DNA of 64,000 bases from an uncultured Acidobacteriota bacterium (GCA_963771415.1 CAVYTI010000011.1:303501-367500); one strand, 5' to 3'; positions 18,733 through 28,701 are shown, counted from the first letter of the stretch. The notes: a model not told the origin generated them from the sequence alone. Made by a program: numbers and translations.

Positions 18733-21186
18733 TTACTCCTGCCGGAGCGCCTCAATGGGATCGACGTCGGTCGCGCGGAGGGCTGGAAGGTAGCAGGCCA
18801 GCATCGCGACGGCGATCAAGACCGCGATCACGCTCGCGAAGGTCACGGGATCGGTCGGCGTGACCCCGAAGAGCAGGTTCTCGAGCGTTCGGGTCAGGCC
18901 GAGAGCCGCGATGACGCCAAGGGTAACGCCGATGCCCGTGGTGATGAGTCCCTGTCCCACGATGGTCCGGAACACCTGACCACGGCTCGCCCCCAGCGCA
19001 ACCCGCACGCCAATTTCGCGGCGACGCTGCGCCACGGTGTAGGACATCACGCCGTAGATCCCCGCGACCGCAAGAACGAGCGCGGTTCCCGCAAATGCCG
19101 CGACCAGCGTCAGGTTGAAATGCCGCGCGCCGAGTGACGCCGAATAGATCTGCTCGAACGTGCGGAACCGAGGCGGCGCATCCGGCGCCATGTCGTTCAG
19201 GATACGGCGGGCCGCGGAAATCACGGCCTGCGGATCAGCGGCCGATCGCATGACAACGGTCGTCGAGAACCTGGGCCGCTGCATGAGATTGACGTACATC
19301 GTGGGACGCGCCGGCTGCTCGAGGCCGTACTCCCTCGTGTCCCCGACGATCCCCACGATCGTGAGCGGCCGAAGGTCGCCGTCCATATTGCCGAATTCGA
19401 TCGTCGCGCCGATCGGATCGCCGCCGCTCCACCGGGACCGGGCCAGCGACTCGCTGATCACCGCGACGTGCGGCGCGTTCGCCTGATCGCGAGTGTCGAA
19501 CAGCCGTCCGCGAAGGAGCGGTATCCCGAGCGCCTGAAAATACGCCGGCGACACGGCGCAGTAGTCCGCGGTGCCAAGCGCGTCCTTCCGCTGGAAGCGC
19601 CCCGCCAGCTCCTGCTGGCTCTTGGGAACGTCCTGCGGCGCCAGCACCATGAACATGCCGTCCGGCAGACCGCCGTCGAGCGGTACCGCATTGGCGGCGG
19701 CCACCTGCTCGACGCCAGGGATCGCATGAAGGCGCTCGAAGATCGCGGCGTAGAGGGGAAGCAACCGCGTCTTGCTTGTCGGATCCTCCGACTCGGGCAG
19801 CGTCAGGTCCATCGTGACGATCCCGTCCGTCCGGAATCCAGGGTTCACCGAGAGCACGCGCAGCAGGCTTCGGCCCAGCAGGCCGGCGCCGATGAGCAGG
19901 ACGACGGTAATCGCCATCTGCGCGGCCATGACAATCCGACCCACGCGCTGACTGGCGGCGCCGGTCTGACCACGTCCGCCATCAACGAGCCCCTCTCGCG
20001 GGTCCCGCCGCGCGGCACGCGCTGCGGTCAGCAGGCCGAGGGCGACGGCGACCATCGCCGAGAGTCCCATCGCAAACATCATGACAGGCCCGTTCATCGA
20101 AACGTCCTCGAGCCGCGGCAGATCCGGGGGAGCCAGTGAGAGGAGCGCGCTGGTGCCGAGCCACGCGATCAGCAGTCCCGCGAGGCAGCTGACCAGGAGG
20201 AGCAGGAGCGCCTCGACAACGAACTGACGAACGAGCCGGCCACGTCCGGCGCCGAGCGCATGACGAATGGCCAACTCGCGCTGGCGCGCGGCGGCTTGCG
20301 CCAGGAGGAGATTCGTGACGTTGGCGCAGGCGACGAGCAAGAGGAAGAACACCGCGCCGAGCAGAACATATAGCGTCGAGCCGACGCGACGCGTCAGCGA
20401 GGTCTGCAGCGATACCACTGCCGCGTCTGTCATCAGGTAGTCCCCCTGCTCGGGGGAGGTACGCACGATGTCCTTCGCCAGGCCACTGATGTCGGCCGCC
20501 GCCCCGGAGACGCTCACCTCGTCTCGAAGCCTGCCGATGCCGTAATAGTTGTGCGATGTGCGGCTGGTGTTCTCCGCGTTGAGCTCCGCCGGCCGCCACA
20601 GGTCCGCATCCTGAGGAAACTGGAACCCGGCGGGCATGACACCGACGACCGTGTAGATGCGATCTTCGACGCGCAGATGGACGTTCGAGAGGTCCGCCGC
20701 CGATCCCATCGACTGCACCCAATAACGGTGGCTGACGATCGCGACCGGTGGCGCGCCAATCCCGGCGTCCTCGGCGGTGAGACTGCGGCCCACCGAGGGC
20801 TGAACCCTCAGGACTTTGAAAAAATCCTTCGTCACCGTCGCAACGGTCGTGCGTATCGGTTCAGCGGCGCCGACGACCGGCGTAATGTAGGCGGTGTACT
20901 TCGCCATCGCGGTGAACGTGCGGTTGCGATCGCGAAAGTCATCGAAATTGGGGTCGGCCAGCCGGGAGTAGGTGCCCCGGTGGTTCACCTCCCAGATGGC
21001 CATCAGCCGGTCGGATTCCGGATAGGGCAACGGACGCATGAGCACGCCGTAGACGACGCTGAAGATGGCGGTCGTCGCACCGATGGCGAGCGCGAGCGTG
21101 AAGACGGCGATCGCCGTGGCGCTCGGGTTCCTGGCGTGGACTCGGGCCGCGTGGCGAAGATCGGCGAGAACAGACGTCATCGGCAT
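18733..21186 (-). CDS. Duplicated MacB/FtsX ABC permease (ADOP family)
   Basis: 817 aa. DLRHAARVHARNPSATAIAVFTLALAIGATTAIFSVVYGVLMRPLPYP; ACANVTNLLLAQAAARQRELAIRHALGAG; AQRRREIGVRVALGAS; C-terminus PALRATDVDPIEALRQE. Confidence 0.9.
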   Translation of the reverse strand: MPMTSVLADLRHAARVHARNPSATAIAVFTLALAIGATTAIFSVVYGVLMRPLPYPESDRLMAIWEVNHRGTYSRLADPNFDDFRDRNRTFTAMAKYTAYITPVVGAAEPIRTTVATVTKDFFKVLRVQPSVGRSLTAEDAGIGAPPVAIVSHRYWVQSMGSAADLSNVHLRVEDRIYTVVGVMPAGFQFPQDADLWRPAELNAENTSRTSHNYYGIGRLRDEVSVSGAAADISGLAKDIVRTSPEQGDYLMTDAAVVSLQTSLTRRVGSTLYVLLGAVFFLLLVACANVTNLLLAQAAARQRELAIRHALGAGRGRLVRQFVVEALLLLLVSCLAGLLIAWLGTSALLSLAPPDLPRLEDVSMNGPVMMFAMGLSAMVAVALGLLTAARAARRDPREGLVDGGRGQTGAASQRVGRIVMAAQMAITVVLLIGAGLLGRSLLRVLSVNPGFRTDGIVTMDLTLPESEDPTSKTRLLPLYAAIFERLHAIPGVEQVAAANAVPLDGGLPDGMFMVLAPQDVPKSQQELAGRFQRKDALGTADYCAVSPAYFQALGIPLLRGRLFDTRDQANAPHVAVISESLARSRWSGGDPIGATIEFGNMDGDLRPLTIVGIVGDTREYGLEQPARPTMYVNLMQRPRFSTTVVMRSAADPQAVISAARRILNDMAPDAPPRFRTFEQIYSASLGARHFNLTLVAAFAGTALVLAVAGIYGVMSYTVAQRRREIGVRVALGASRGQVFRTIVGQGLITTGIGVTLGVIAALGLTRTLENLLFGVTPTDPVTFASVIAVLIAVAMLACYLPALRATDVDPIEALRQE

Positions 21187-21442
21187 GCCCTGATTTCAGA
21201 CTCAGACGGTGAGGGTCGCCGAATGGTTGCCCTTCAAACCCGGCGAGCCCCTTATTATCCGCCTTCCGCAATCCGGGTACCGGTCGCGGGCTGAGCCTAG
21301 AGCCTTCGCAAGTATGCCGCGACGGTTCGTTAGTCCGAACAAACCCGCGCCACCCGCTACCCGAATCCTGAGAACTACGAAATAATCGCGTCGCGCGCCG
21401 ATCCAGGGCTTCCTCTGACGTCGACGAGCGAGGAGGGCACGG

Positions 21443-22390
21443 ATGTCGGTCAATCTGAGGGTCATCCGGACGCTGGCCTGTGGCGTCTGCGTACTGTCCG
21501 CGGTTGCGCTCGCGTTCGGATCGCAGCTGGCCGGAGAGACCCGCGCGCCACGCGTTGCGCTCACGTTCGACGATCTCCCCGATCACGGGCCGCTGCCACC
21601 CGGCGTGAGCCGTGTCGACGTCGCCAAGCGCATCATCGAGACGCTGAAGACGCGCCAGGCGCCGCCCGTGTACGGGTTCATCAACGCGAAACAGCTCGAG
21701 ACCCGTCCGGCCGACGGCGAGGTCCTGCGGCTCTGGCGCGAGGCGGGGTTCCCGCTCGGGAACCACACGTTCTCGCACATGGACCTCAACGCGAACACGG
21801 CCGAGGACTTCGAGCGCGACATCGTGGCGAACGAGCCGACGCTGCGCACCTACATGGGGGATCGGGACTGGCACTGGTTTCGGTATCCGTACCTCAATGA
21901 GGGGGACACGCCTGAGAAGTACCGGGCCGTCAGGGACATGCTCGCGCGGCGAGGTTACCGTGTCGCCCAGGTCACGCTCAGCTTCGACGACTACGCCTAT
22001 AACGATCCGTACGCGCGGTGCATGGCGCGCAACGATCGCGACGGGCTCGCCTGGCTCGAGCAGAGCTACCGGGAGCGCGCGGCGGAGAGCCTCGTCCGCG
22101 GGCGGGACACGGCGGGCGCCCTCTTCGGACACGACATTCCCCACGTGATGCTCCTGCACATCGGTGCCTTCGAAACGGTCATGCTCCCGAGGCTGCTCGA
22201 CATCCTTCACGCGCAGGGCTTCACGCTGACCACGCTGGAGGATGCGCAGGCGGACGCCGCCTACGCCACGGTTCCGGACACCGGGGGAAAATGGTCCGGA
22301 CCGTTCCTCGATCAGCTTGTCGCCGCCCACAAGCGCCAACCCCCGCCTGCGAGCGATGTGTTCGAACGGCTCGGCAGCCTGTGTCGGTGA
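21443..22390 (+). CDS. Polysaccharide deacetylase (NodB homology domain) with signal peptide
   Basis: ATG follows GAGGAGG. NodB motifs VALTFDDLPDHG and GNHTFSHMDLN are present. Confidence 0.85.
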   Translation: MSVNLRVIRTLACGVCVLSAVALAFGSQLAGETRAPRVALTFDDLPDHGPLPPGVSRVDVAKRIIETLKTRQAPPVYGFINAKQLETRPADGEVLRLWREAGFPLGNHTFSHMDLNANTAEDFERDIVANEPTLRTYMGDRDWHWFRYPYLNEGDTPEKYRAVRDMLARRGYRVAQVTLSFDDYAYNDPYARCMARNDRDGLAWLEQSYRERAAESLVRGRDTAGALFGHDIPHVMLLHIGAFETVMLPRLLDILHAQGFTLTTLEDAQADAAYATVPDTGGKWSGPFLDQLVAAHKRQPPPASDVFERLGSLCR

Positions 22391-22543
22391 GAGCGCCGGC
22401 CGAGCGCGGCGGACCACCTGCTGCCGCAACCGGCCGAATCACAAGCGGTTCCGCGTTAACAACTTTCCAGCACGCCGTCTATGGCTTGTCGGCCTGAGGC
22501 GATGACCTGACATTTAGGTAGGCGCAGTCATAAGGCAGGACCA

Positions 22544-23413
22544 TCACTTGGTGACGCGCGTATCGAGCAGGAAACTCACGCCGCCACTGATCGTCGTGCC
22601 GGCGCCATTGTCGTCCGTCGTGCCGATCGTCCGGCCGAGCGCGCCATACACGGCAATCCACGGCTTGACGGCGTACGCCGCGCCGCCAGAGAGTTCCGCC
22701 CGGCTGCGCGACACACCGGTGGTGTTGTCGCCGCTCCAGGAGCGGGTGAACGACACCGACGTCCCGACCTTCGGCGTCGCCTGAACGCTCACGCCACCTC
22801 CGGCGAACCAGACACCCCGTGAGAAGAAGCCGGTTGAAGCGAACACGCGCGCCTGACCCTGGCCCAGCTCCGCGCTCACAGGCAGGCCGACTTGTACCCG
22901 ACTACTATCCGGTGCCAGCGTCTGAGCGGCGCCAGCGCCCAGGATTTCGAGTACCGGCGAGATCGCCAGCTTCAAACTGGAACCACCGGTCGGCAGCGCG
23001 ATCTTGCCGCTGAAATACGAGGTGCCCACGCCGCCCACGGGCCCCGTGCCATCGGCGCTGCCGACGATGAACGGCACGCTGGCGCCGATCTGAAACCGCG
23101 GCGTCACGCCCACGGCCGCGTCGACGATCGGGAAATTGACCTCGCTCAGATCGGTGCCGGACCACCGAGCAATCCCAATCGTCAGCGACGTCGATCCCGG
23201 CGAGAGGAGGCTGGCGTCATCCAGCCAGGCAAGCGGTGACCCGCTCGTTGCGGGACCGATGACCGGATTGGGCAGGGGGCTGCTGCTTGGAGGCGACCCC
23301 TTGTGCGCGTTCCCCTTGCCGTTGCTCTTGCCCTGTGCGTGGACGGGAACGGCGAGCGCGACCACGAGGGTGGCACTCGCCATCACCAGCCACAGACGCC
23401 GTGACGGGGCCAT
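22544..23413 (-). CDS. Putative outer-membrane beta-barrel protein
   Basis: 289 aa. The signal peptide ends AVPVHAQG. Amphipathic beta-strands alternate through a Gly/Ser/Thr-rich body. It starts 4 nt after the stop of the upstream gene. Confidence 0.6.
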   Translation of the reverse strand: MAPSRRLWLVMASATLVVALAVPVHAQGKSNGKGNAHKGSPPSSSPLPNPVIGPATSGSPLAWLDDASLLSPGSTSLTIGIARWSGTDLSEVNFPIVDAAVGVTPRFQIGASVPFIVGSADGTGPVGGVGTSYFSGKIALPTGGSSLKLAISPVLEILGAGAAQTLAPDSSRVQVGLPVSAELGQGQARVFASTGFFSRGVWFAGGGVSVQATPKVGTSVSFTRSWSGDNTTGVSRSRAELSGGAAYAVKPWIAVYGALGRTIGTTDDNGAGTTISGGVSFLLDTRVTK

Positions 23414-23416
23414 TGC

Positions 23417-24061
23417 TTACTCGCGGTCGCCCGACGCCGGCTTCTTCCTGCTAGCGGCGGTTGACGTCGACGTGACGGTGGTTGTCGTGCGCTTGAGATC
23501 GTCGTTGGCTTCGGTCTCGGCTCGATGTACTTCGACGGGTGCGTTGGCCGTCTTCTTCACGTCCTGAATCGACTGACCGAGGCTCATGTGCTTCTGCGTC
23601 ATGTCGAACCGCAGCTGCTTGAAACAGTCGCATCCCAGATTGTGTGAGACGTGCAGCGCGGCGATGAACTGCCCCTGATTCTTGAAGCCCCTCGACGCCT
23701 GATTGAGCGTCATGCCTTTTGGCAGCATCGCGGTGATCCTGGAATTGAGCTGTGGCTTCGAGGCGATCTTGGCCGCGATCGGGTTCAGGTGTGTCGACGT
23801 TGTCGTGCCGTGAGAGTGGGACGTCGATGTCCGCCCGGACGTTGTTGATGTGGAATGTGTAGTCGATTTCGGTGCGGAGGTTGTCGATGTCCGGTGAGAT
23901 GTCACACCAGTCGTAGGCTTCCCCGTGGTGGTGGGCTTGCCCGTGGTTTTCGGCGTTTGCCCGTGTTGAGGCGGCCCGGCCGCTCGGCCGTGGGCGTAAA
24001 CCGACGTGCAGGTCAAAGACACCGCCAGCGCGACGCCAGAGAGAATCCGACTTATACGCAT
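23417..24061 (-). CDS. Secreted Thr/Ser-rich protein with conserved-looking C-terminal domain, unknown function
   Basis: I chose the internal ATG at 24061 (MRISRILSGVALAVSLTCTSVYAHG signal peptide) over the track start at 24214. TTGKPTT and STTHSTSTTS low-complexity stretches are followed by LNQASRGFKNQGQFIAALHVSHNLGCDCFKQLR. Confidence 0.6.
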   Translation of the reverse strand: MRISRILSGVALAVSLTCTSVYAHGRAAGPPQHGQTPKTTGKPTTTGKPTTGVTSHRTSTTSAPKSTTHSTSTTSGRTSTSHSHGTTTSTHLNPIAAKIASKPQLNSRITAMLPKGMTLNQASRGFKNQGQFIAALHVSHNLGCDCFKQLRFDMTQKHMSLGQSIQDVKKTANAPVEVHRAETEANDDLKRTTTTVTSTSTAASRKKPASGDRE

Positions 24062-24218
24062 CGCGTCACCTCTCGCCGGCTCATGGCAACGCCTGTACCA
24101 GCCAAATTGCAGGCAAATATGGCCAGAATGAACGATCTGGCCCGGATCGGGCCGAACAGGTACCTGTGCAGGTCTTACACTCTTCGCCGAACGCTGTCTC
24201 ATGCACGTCTTCACTAAC

Positions 24219-24353
24219 TGGAGCGCGGTCGGACGACGCGTCGCTCGCTGCGACGCTCCGCTGGCCCTCCTCGTTATCGCCGCCGTCGCCGCCTATATCC
24301 CCGCCCGCCGAGGCATGCGCATGGCCCCAATCGACGCGCTCCGCGTGAATTGA
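24219..24353 (+). pseudogene. Orphan 3' fragment of a MacB/FtsX permease gene (last ~35 codons only)
   Basis: My translation gives ...APLALLVIAAVAAYIPARRGMRMAPIDALRVN then stop (TGA 24351-24353). This is the invariant FtsX C-terminal helix plus the PARRA..DP..ALR tail. There is no upstream body and a TAA lies at 24216. Confidence 0.5.
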
Positions 24354-24607
24354 GGGCAGTCGGAGCGCACCCGCGCCTTCAGCTATGGCGGCAGCAGCGC
24401 TGTTCCGATCATCGCTTCGCTGTTCTCGACCGACTTGACCGATTGCAACACGTCCGTGAACTGCCGGACCGACTTCACGATAGGCGCGATGGAGACCTAC
24501 ACAATTTCGCCGCGCGACAGGACCCGCGTGCCCGAGCCCTCGTCCCTGCTCCTGCTCGGAACCGGACTCGCCGGCCTCTGCGCACGAACCATCCGCCGGC
24601 GTCGCTG
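24354..24607 (+). pseudogene. Orphan fragment ending in a PEP-CTERM sorting signal
   Basis: The open frame reads ...NCRTDFTIGAMETYTISPRDRTRVPEPSSLLLLGTGLAGLCARTIRRRR then stop. It has PEP, a TM helix and an Arg cluster. No plausible start or signal peptide is present. It is in the same frame as the preceding permease fragment and directly abuts it. Confidence 0.45.
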
Positions 24608-24654
24608 ACGCCGGCCTCCGCCAGCCGCCTTTCGCGCTCCGTCATCCGAAGAGG

Positions 24655-25401
24655 TCACGCTCTCGCCGTCGCCGCCTCGAGCTTTACCGACTTTCCGGCA
24701 CCTTCGACGAGCCACCATTCAGCGGCCAGAAGAGGAAGAACCCATCCGAGCCAGCCGGAGAGCCCGGCAATCGCCTGTACCATCAGCGCCTCACTGCCTC
24801 CGAAGGTCGTCGACAACTGCGGTGCCAGGACGATGGTGAAGATGACGGCCCAGATCCGATTGGTGATGATGGACAGCGTCAGGGTGACGCTGCGAATCAT
24901 CCAGCGACGATGCGTCACGAACTGGCGGCGGCGACCCGCCAGGAATCCGGCTGTCGTGCATCCCATCCACAGCGTCGCCAGCAGCACGTCGCTCGCTCTG
25001 AGCACCGGACCGAATGGGCTGACGGCGCCGATGGCAAAGCCCGCTGCCGCGGCCGGCAACACACCAGCAAAGACATACAAGCGTCCGATGACGCGGTGGG
25101 CGGACGGGTAGCGGCGGCGAAAGAACGGCCACACCTGCGGGCACGCCGTCAGCATCGCGACCGACGCGAAGGTGACGTGCGCAACGAGCAGCGGATAATA
25201 GACCGGCAGTCCGGGTGGCGGGGGAATCCGCGACCGCGCCGGATCGAACGTGAGATAGGGCGGGAGCGAGAAGGCGACGAACGCGAGCGCGACGACGGCG
25301 AGGAGCGGCGTCCGCACGCGATGCCAGCGCGACTCGACGGGCTGGATCGACATCTGGCGGCGGTCACGCCTGGAGGCGGCACTGGCGGAAGGATCAGGCA
25401 T
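24655..25401 (-). CDS. DUF2306-family membrane protein
   Basis: LVAHVTFASVAMLTACPQVWPFFRRRYPSAHRVIGRLYVFAGVL matches the DUF2306 H..G...Q....R...HR..GR.Y pattern. It has about 6 TM segments. The start was chosen at ATG 25401; ATG 25353 is an alternative. Confidence 0.75.
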   Translation of the reverse strand: MPDPSASAASRRDRRQMSIQPVESRWHRVRTPLLAVVALAFVAFSLPPYLTFDPARSRIPPPPGLPVYYPLLVAHVTFASVAMLTACPQVWPFFRRRYPSAHRVIGRLYVFAGVLPAAAAGFAIGAVSPFGPVLRASDVLLATLWMGCTTAGFLAGRRRQFVTHRRWMIRSVTLTLSIITNRIWAVIFTIVLAPQLSTTFGGSEALMVQAIAGLSGWLGWVLPLLAAEWWLVEGAGKSVKLEAATARA

Positions 25402-25436
25402 CCGATGGATCTCCGGTTGTGCGGCGGACGACTCAC

Positions 25437-25473
25437 TGCGTACGTCGCACGCAATATAGCGTACCGTATACGC
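25437..25473. promoter_or_regulatory. Two short inverted repeats (TGCGT-N7-ACGCA; GCGTA-N5-TACGC) in the 74-bp divergent tetR/DUF2306 intergenic region; candidate TetR operators
   Basis: Read directly. Both share the GCGTAC core (25438-25443 and 25459-25464). Confidence 0.25.
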
Positions 25474-25475
25474 AT

Positions 25476-26258
25476 ATGACCACACGCGTCAAGCGATCGC
25501 GTCGCCGCGCCGAGCCTGAGCTGTCGCGAACCGTGCAACTCGCCTGGGGCCTGCGCGGGCGATCGGACAAGGGGCCGCGTCCCGCGCTCAGCCTCGGCCG
25601 CATCGTCGACGCCGCCGTCGCGCTCGCCGCGTCGGAAGGGCTGGCGGCCGTGGCGATGAGTCGCGTCGCCGATCGCCTGAACGTCGCCACGATGTCGCTC
25701 TACCGTTACGTCCGGGCTAAAGACGAGCTGTTGGCGTTGATGGTGGACGCGGCCTTCGAATCGCCGCCGGCGGCTGCGTCGGCGGGGGAGGGCTGGCGGC
25801 GCGGGCTGGCCCGATGGGCGCGGGCACATCTCACCGTCCTGAGGCGTCACCCGTGGATCGTGCGCGTGCCCTTGAGCGGCCCGCCGATCCTGCCGCATCA
25901 GGTAACGTGGTTCGATCGCGGGCTCGGGTGTCTTGCCCACACCGGCCTGACCGAAGGGCAGAAGCTGTCGACGCTGCTGCTGGTCAACGGGTTCGTTCGC
26001 AACGAGGCGTTACTGGAATCCGACCTGCTGATGGCGGCGGGAAAAGCGGGCGCATCTCCGGAAGAGGCGTTCTCGACCTACGGGAATGTGCTGTCGCGCG
26101 TGGTTGATCGCGGGCGGTTTCCTGCAATCGTCACCCTGCTCGACTCTGGAGTTTTCGACGGATCGCACGCGACCGACGATCCCGACGAGGAGTTCACGTT
26201 CGGACTCGAGCGGATCCTCGACGGGATCGCGGCGCTGATCCCGGCTCGACGGCGGTAG
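25476..26258 (+). CDS. TetR/AcrR-family transcriptional regulator
   Basis: Internal ATG 25476 (MTTRVKRSRRRAEPEL...). The HTH reads [49 protein letters not shown]. The C-terminal region is TetR_C-like. Confidence 0.85.
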   Translation: MTTRVKRSRRRAEPELSRTVQLAWGLRGRSDKGPRPALSLGRIVDAAVALAASEGLAAVAMSRVADRLNVATMSLYRYVRAKDELLALMVDAAFESPPAAASAGEGWRRGLARWARAHLTVLRRHPWIVRVPLSGPPILPHQVTWFDRGLGCLAHTGLTEGQKLSTLLLVNGFVRNEALLESDLLMAAGKAGASPEEAFSTYGNVLSRVVDRGRFPAIVTLLDSGVFDGSHATDDPDEEFTFGLERILDGIAALIPARRR

Positions 26259-26273
26259 GCGCGCCGCGCGTCG

Positions 26274-27125
26274 TTACGGTCGCCCGGCCCCTTCGACGTC
26301 GACTGCAACGGTTGCGACCTGCCCGGTCCTCTCCGCGAACATCTCGCCGATCTTCGCCATCCCACGCCATTCCGCCGTCAGCATGTAGAGGGTCCGCCGT
26401 TGGGGACCACCGAGCATGCACGCGAAACAGCCGCGGCCCAGTTCGACGGTCCGGGTGACCTCTCCGCCCTCGCGGACTCGGACGCACCGCTGATTCGGCA
26501 CGTCCGCGTACCAGATGGCATCCTCCGCGTCCAGGCAGATTCCGTCCGGGACCCCATCGACGAGATCCGCCCAGACCCGCCGGTTGCGCAGCGATCCGTC
26601 AGCCTCGATGTCATACGCGGAGAGACGCTTGCCGTAGGATTCGGCGACGACCAACGTCGAATTGTCCCTCGTCACGACCATCCCGTTCGGAAACGCGAGG
26701 CCGTCAGCGACCCGGCGGACTGATCCGTCGAGGCCGACCAGGGCGATGATCCCAGGGGCAAACGCGGCGCCTGCCAGCACATCGAAGCCACCGCCGTTGA
26801 TGTAGGCGTTTCCCCGACTGTCCACCACGATCTCGTTCCAGCCGCTGGAGAGATCACTCAGATCAGCGTGGATGGTCAGCTCGTCCGGTCCGTCCGCTCG
26901 ACGGACCAGCCCGTCACGGCCCGACGTAAGCAACATCCGGCCATCCGGTAACCAGTCGAAGCTGAAAGGGAAGAACGGGACGTGGACCATGGATTCCCGC
27001 CGTCCGCCCACCTCGACGGCGACGATCTCTTCCGCACCCCAATTCGAGAGCCAGAGACGATTCTCGTGCCAGCGAGGAGATTCCCCACAGGCCAGACCCG
27101 CGATCAGCGTCGTGACGTCGGACAT
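26274..27125 (-). CDS. SMP-30/gluconolactonase/LRE-like beta-propeller protein
   Basis: 283 aa. CGESPRWHENRLWLSN, FPNGMVVTRDNSTLVVAES and PDGICLDAEDAIWYADV are typical SGL repeats. Confidence 0.85.
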   Translation of the reverse strand: MSDVTTLIAGLACGESPRWHENRLWLSNWGAEEIVAVEVGGRRESMVHVPFFPFSFDWLPDGRMLLTSGRDGLVRRADGPDELTIHADLSDLSSGWNEIVVDSRGNAYINGGGFDVLAGAAFAPGIIALVGLDGSVRRVADGLAFPNGMVVTRDNSTLVVAESYGKRLSAYDIEADGSLRNRRVWADLVDGVPDGICLDAEDAIWYADVPNQRCVRVREGGEVTRTVELGRGCFACMLGGPQRRTLYMLTAEWRGMAKIGEMFAERTGQVATVAVDVEGAGRP

Positions 27126-27371
27126 CGGTACCTCGCTTTTGCTCTACGACGTTCGAGCGGCGGCGAGCCGGACACTTTCTTACCGCCGATACGTGACGTA
27201 CCAAGGTTGATTGGCGTGCTGTGCTGTTACCGATGGTACGCGGCGTGCTTTTCATATCCGCGTGCGACGTCAACTAGTCAATGCACGAGCGAGCGAATGA
27301 ACCGCTCGGGCGATCTCTGCAACGCAATCACCACCGCTCACACTAACGGACGAAGGAAGAAGGAGATAACT

Positions 27372-27968
27372 ATGGCTGATAACGGAACCCTGCACGATGC
27401 ATTTCTCGATGAGCTGCGCGACGCGTACGACGCGGAGAAACAGCTGACCAAGGCTCTTCCCAAGCTGGCCAAGGCGGCCGCGTCTCCGGATTTGCGCTCG
27501 GCGTTCGAGGCGCACCTCGAGGAGACCCGCGGACACGTCGAACGGCTGGAGCAGGTCTTCGAGAGCCTCGACGAGAAAGTGAAGGGCAAGCACTGTGACG
27601 GCATCGCCGGGATCATCGAAGAAGGCAAGTCGGTCATGGAAGAAGACTTCGATGAAGCGACGATGGACGCGTGTCTGATTGCTGCAGGTCAGCGCGCCGA
27701 GCACTACGAGATGGCCGCCTACGGGACGCTCGTCGCCTGGGCGCGCGGAATGGGGCACAAGGATGCGGCCAGATTGCTCGAGCAGACTCTCAACGAGGAG
27801 AAAGCCGCCGACAAGAAGCTGACCGGTCTTGCCGAGGGCGGCATCAATCAGCAGGCCGCCGACGCAGCGCATCCGGACAGCGAAGAGGAGGACGACGACG
27901 AGACATCCGCAAGGACCGGACGCGGTGGATCGCCATCGGCGGTCGCCAGGCGTCCTGCCCGTCGGTAG
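27372..27968 (+). CDS. Ferritin-like DUF892 protein (YciE/YciF family)
   Basis: ATG 27372 follows AGGAGA. LHDAFLDELRDAYDAEKQLTKALPKLAKAA, HLEETRGHVERLEQVF and QRAEHYEMAAYGTLVAWA are present, followed by an acidic tail. Confidence 0.85.
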   Translation: MADNGTLHDAFLDELRDAYDAEKQLTKALPKLAKAAASPDLRSAFEAHLEETRGHVERLEQVFESLDEKVKGKHCDGIAGIIEEGKSVMEEDFDEATMDACLIAAGQRAEHYEMAAYGTLVAWARGMGHKDAARLLEQTLNEEKAADKKLTGLAEGGINQQAADAAHPDSEEEDDDETSARTGRGGSPSAVARRPARR

Positions 27969-28033
27969 GTCGCGTCGGAAGTCGGAGTAAAGATCAGCTC
28001 GTCACCCGGAAACAGAACAGCAACTTTCCACGT

Positions 28034-28062
28034 ACCGGCAGCCGCAACCGTCGGCTGCCGGT
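28034..28062 (+). terminator. Perfect 11-bp stem hairpin (ACCGGCAGCCG-N7-CGGCTGCCGGT) 66 nt after the DUF892 gene; no U-tract
   Basis: Read directly. The missing T-run makes an intrinsic-terminator function uncertain. Confidence 0.3.
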
Positions 28063-28203
28063 CCCCATCAGGGCCGGGTTTGGCCTGTGTGCCTGAGGTA
28101 ACGTGGCGAGCGCACCGGCACTTGTCGATCTCGCGGGGGCTCGTTCGACGACTAGATAAGGAAGAGGGTTCTTTCGAGGTCCCTCCAAAACAAGGAGTGG
28201 TCA

Positions 28204-28623
28204 ATGCGTGTTCTCGTGATCGTCAAGGCGAGCAAAGAGTCCGAAGCTGGTCAGATGCCGAGCCAACAGCTGCTCGCGGCGATGGGGCAGTACAACGAGG
28301 AGCTGGTCAAGGCTGGCATGATGCTCGCCGGCGACGGCCTCCATCCGAGCTCGAAGGGCAAGCGGGTTCGCTTCTCGGGTCAGAACCGGACGGTGATCGA
28401 TGGACCGTTCGCCGAAACCAAGGAGCTGATCGCCGGCTTCTGGATTTGGCAGGTCAAATCGATGGACGAAGCGGTCGAGTGGCTGAAACGTGCGCCGTTC
28501 GATGGCGGAGCCGAGGTCGAGATTCGGCCGTTCTTCGAGGCCGACGACTTCGGGAAGGAATTCACGCCCGAGTTGCGAGCCCAGGAAGAGAGACTGCGGG
28601 CGCAGATCGCCGGGAAGTCGTAA
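28204..28623 (+). CDS. YCII-related (DGPF) domain protein
   Basis: 139 aa. MRVLVIVKAS...VIDGPFAETKELIAGFWIWQVKSMDEAVEWLKRAP. It is a paralog of the gene at 41208-41636. Confidence 0.85.
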   Translation: MRVLVIVKASKESEAGQMPSQQLLAAMGQYNEELVKAGMMLAGDGLHPSSKGKRVRFSGQNRTVIDGPFAETKELIAGFWIWQVKSMDEAVEWLKRAPFDGGAEVEIRPFFEADDFGKEFTPELRAQEERLRAQIAGKS

Positions 28624-28701
28624 GTCTCGCCGACGGCGAGCCGCAGCGAGGGCGCGCCGGGCGGCACGCACGCGGGGCGCGACGGGGTCGAATCGGACGA
28701 G

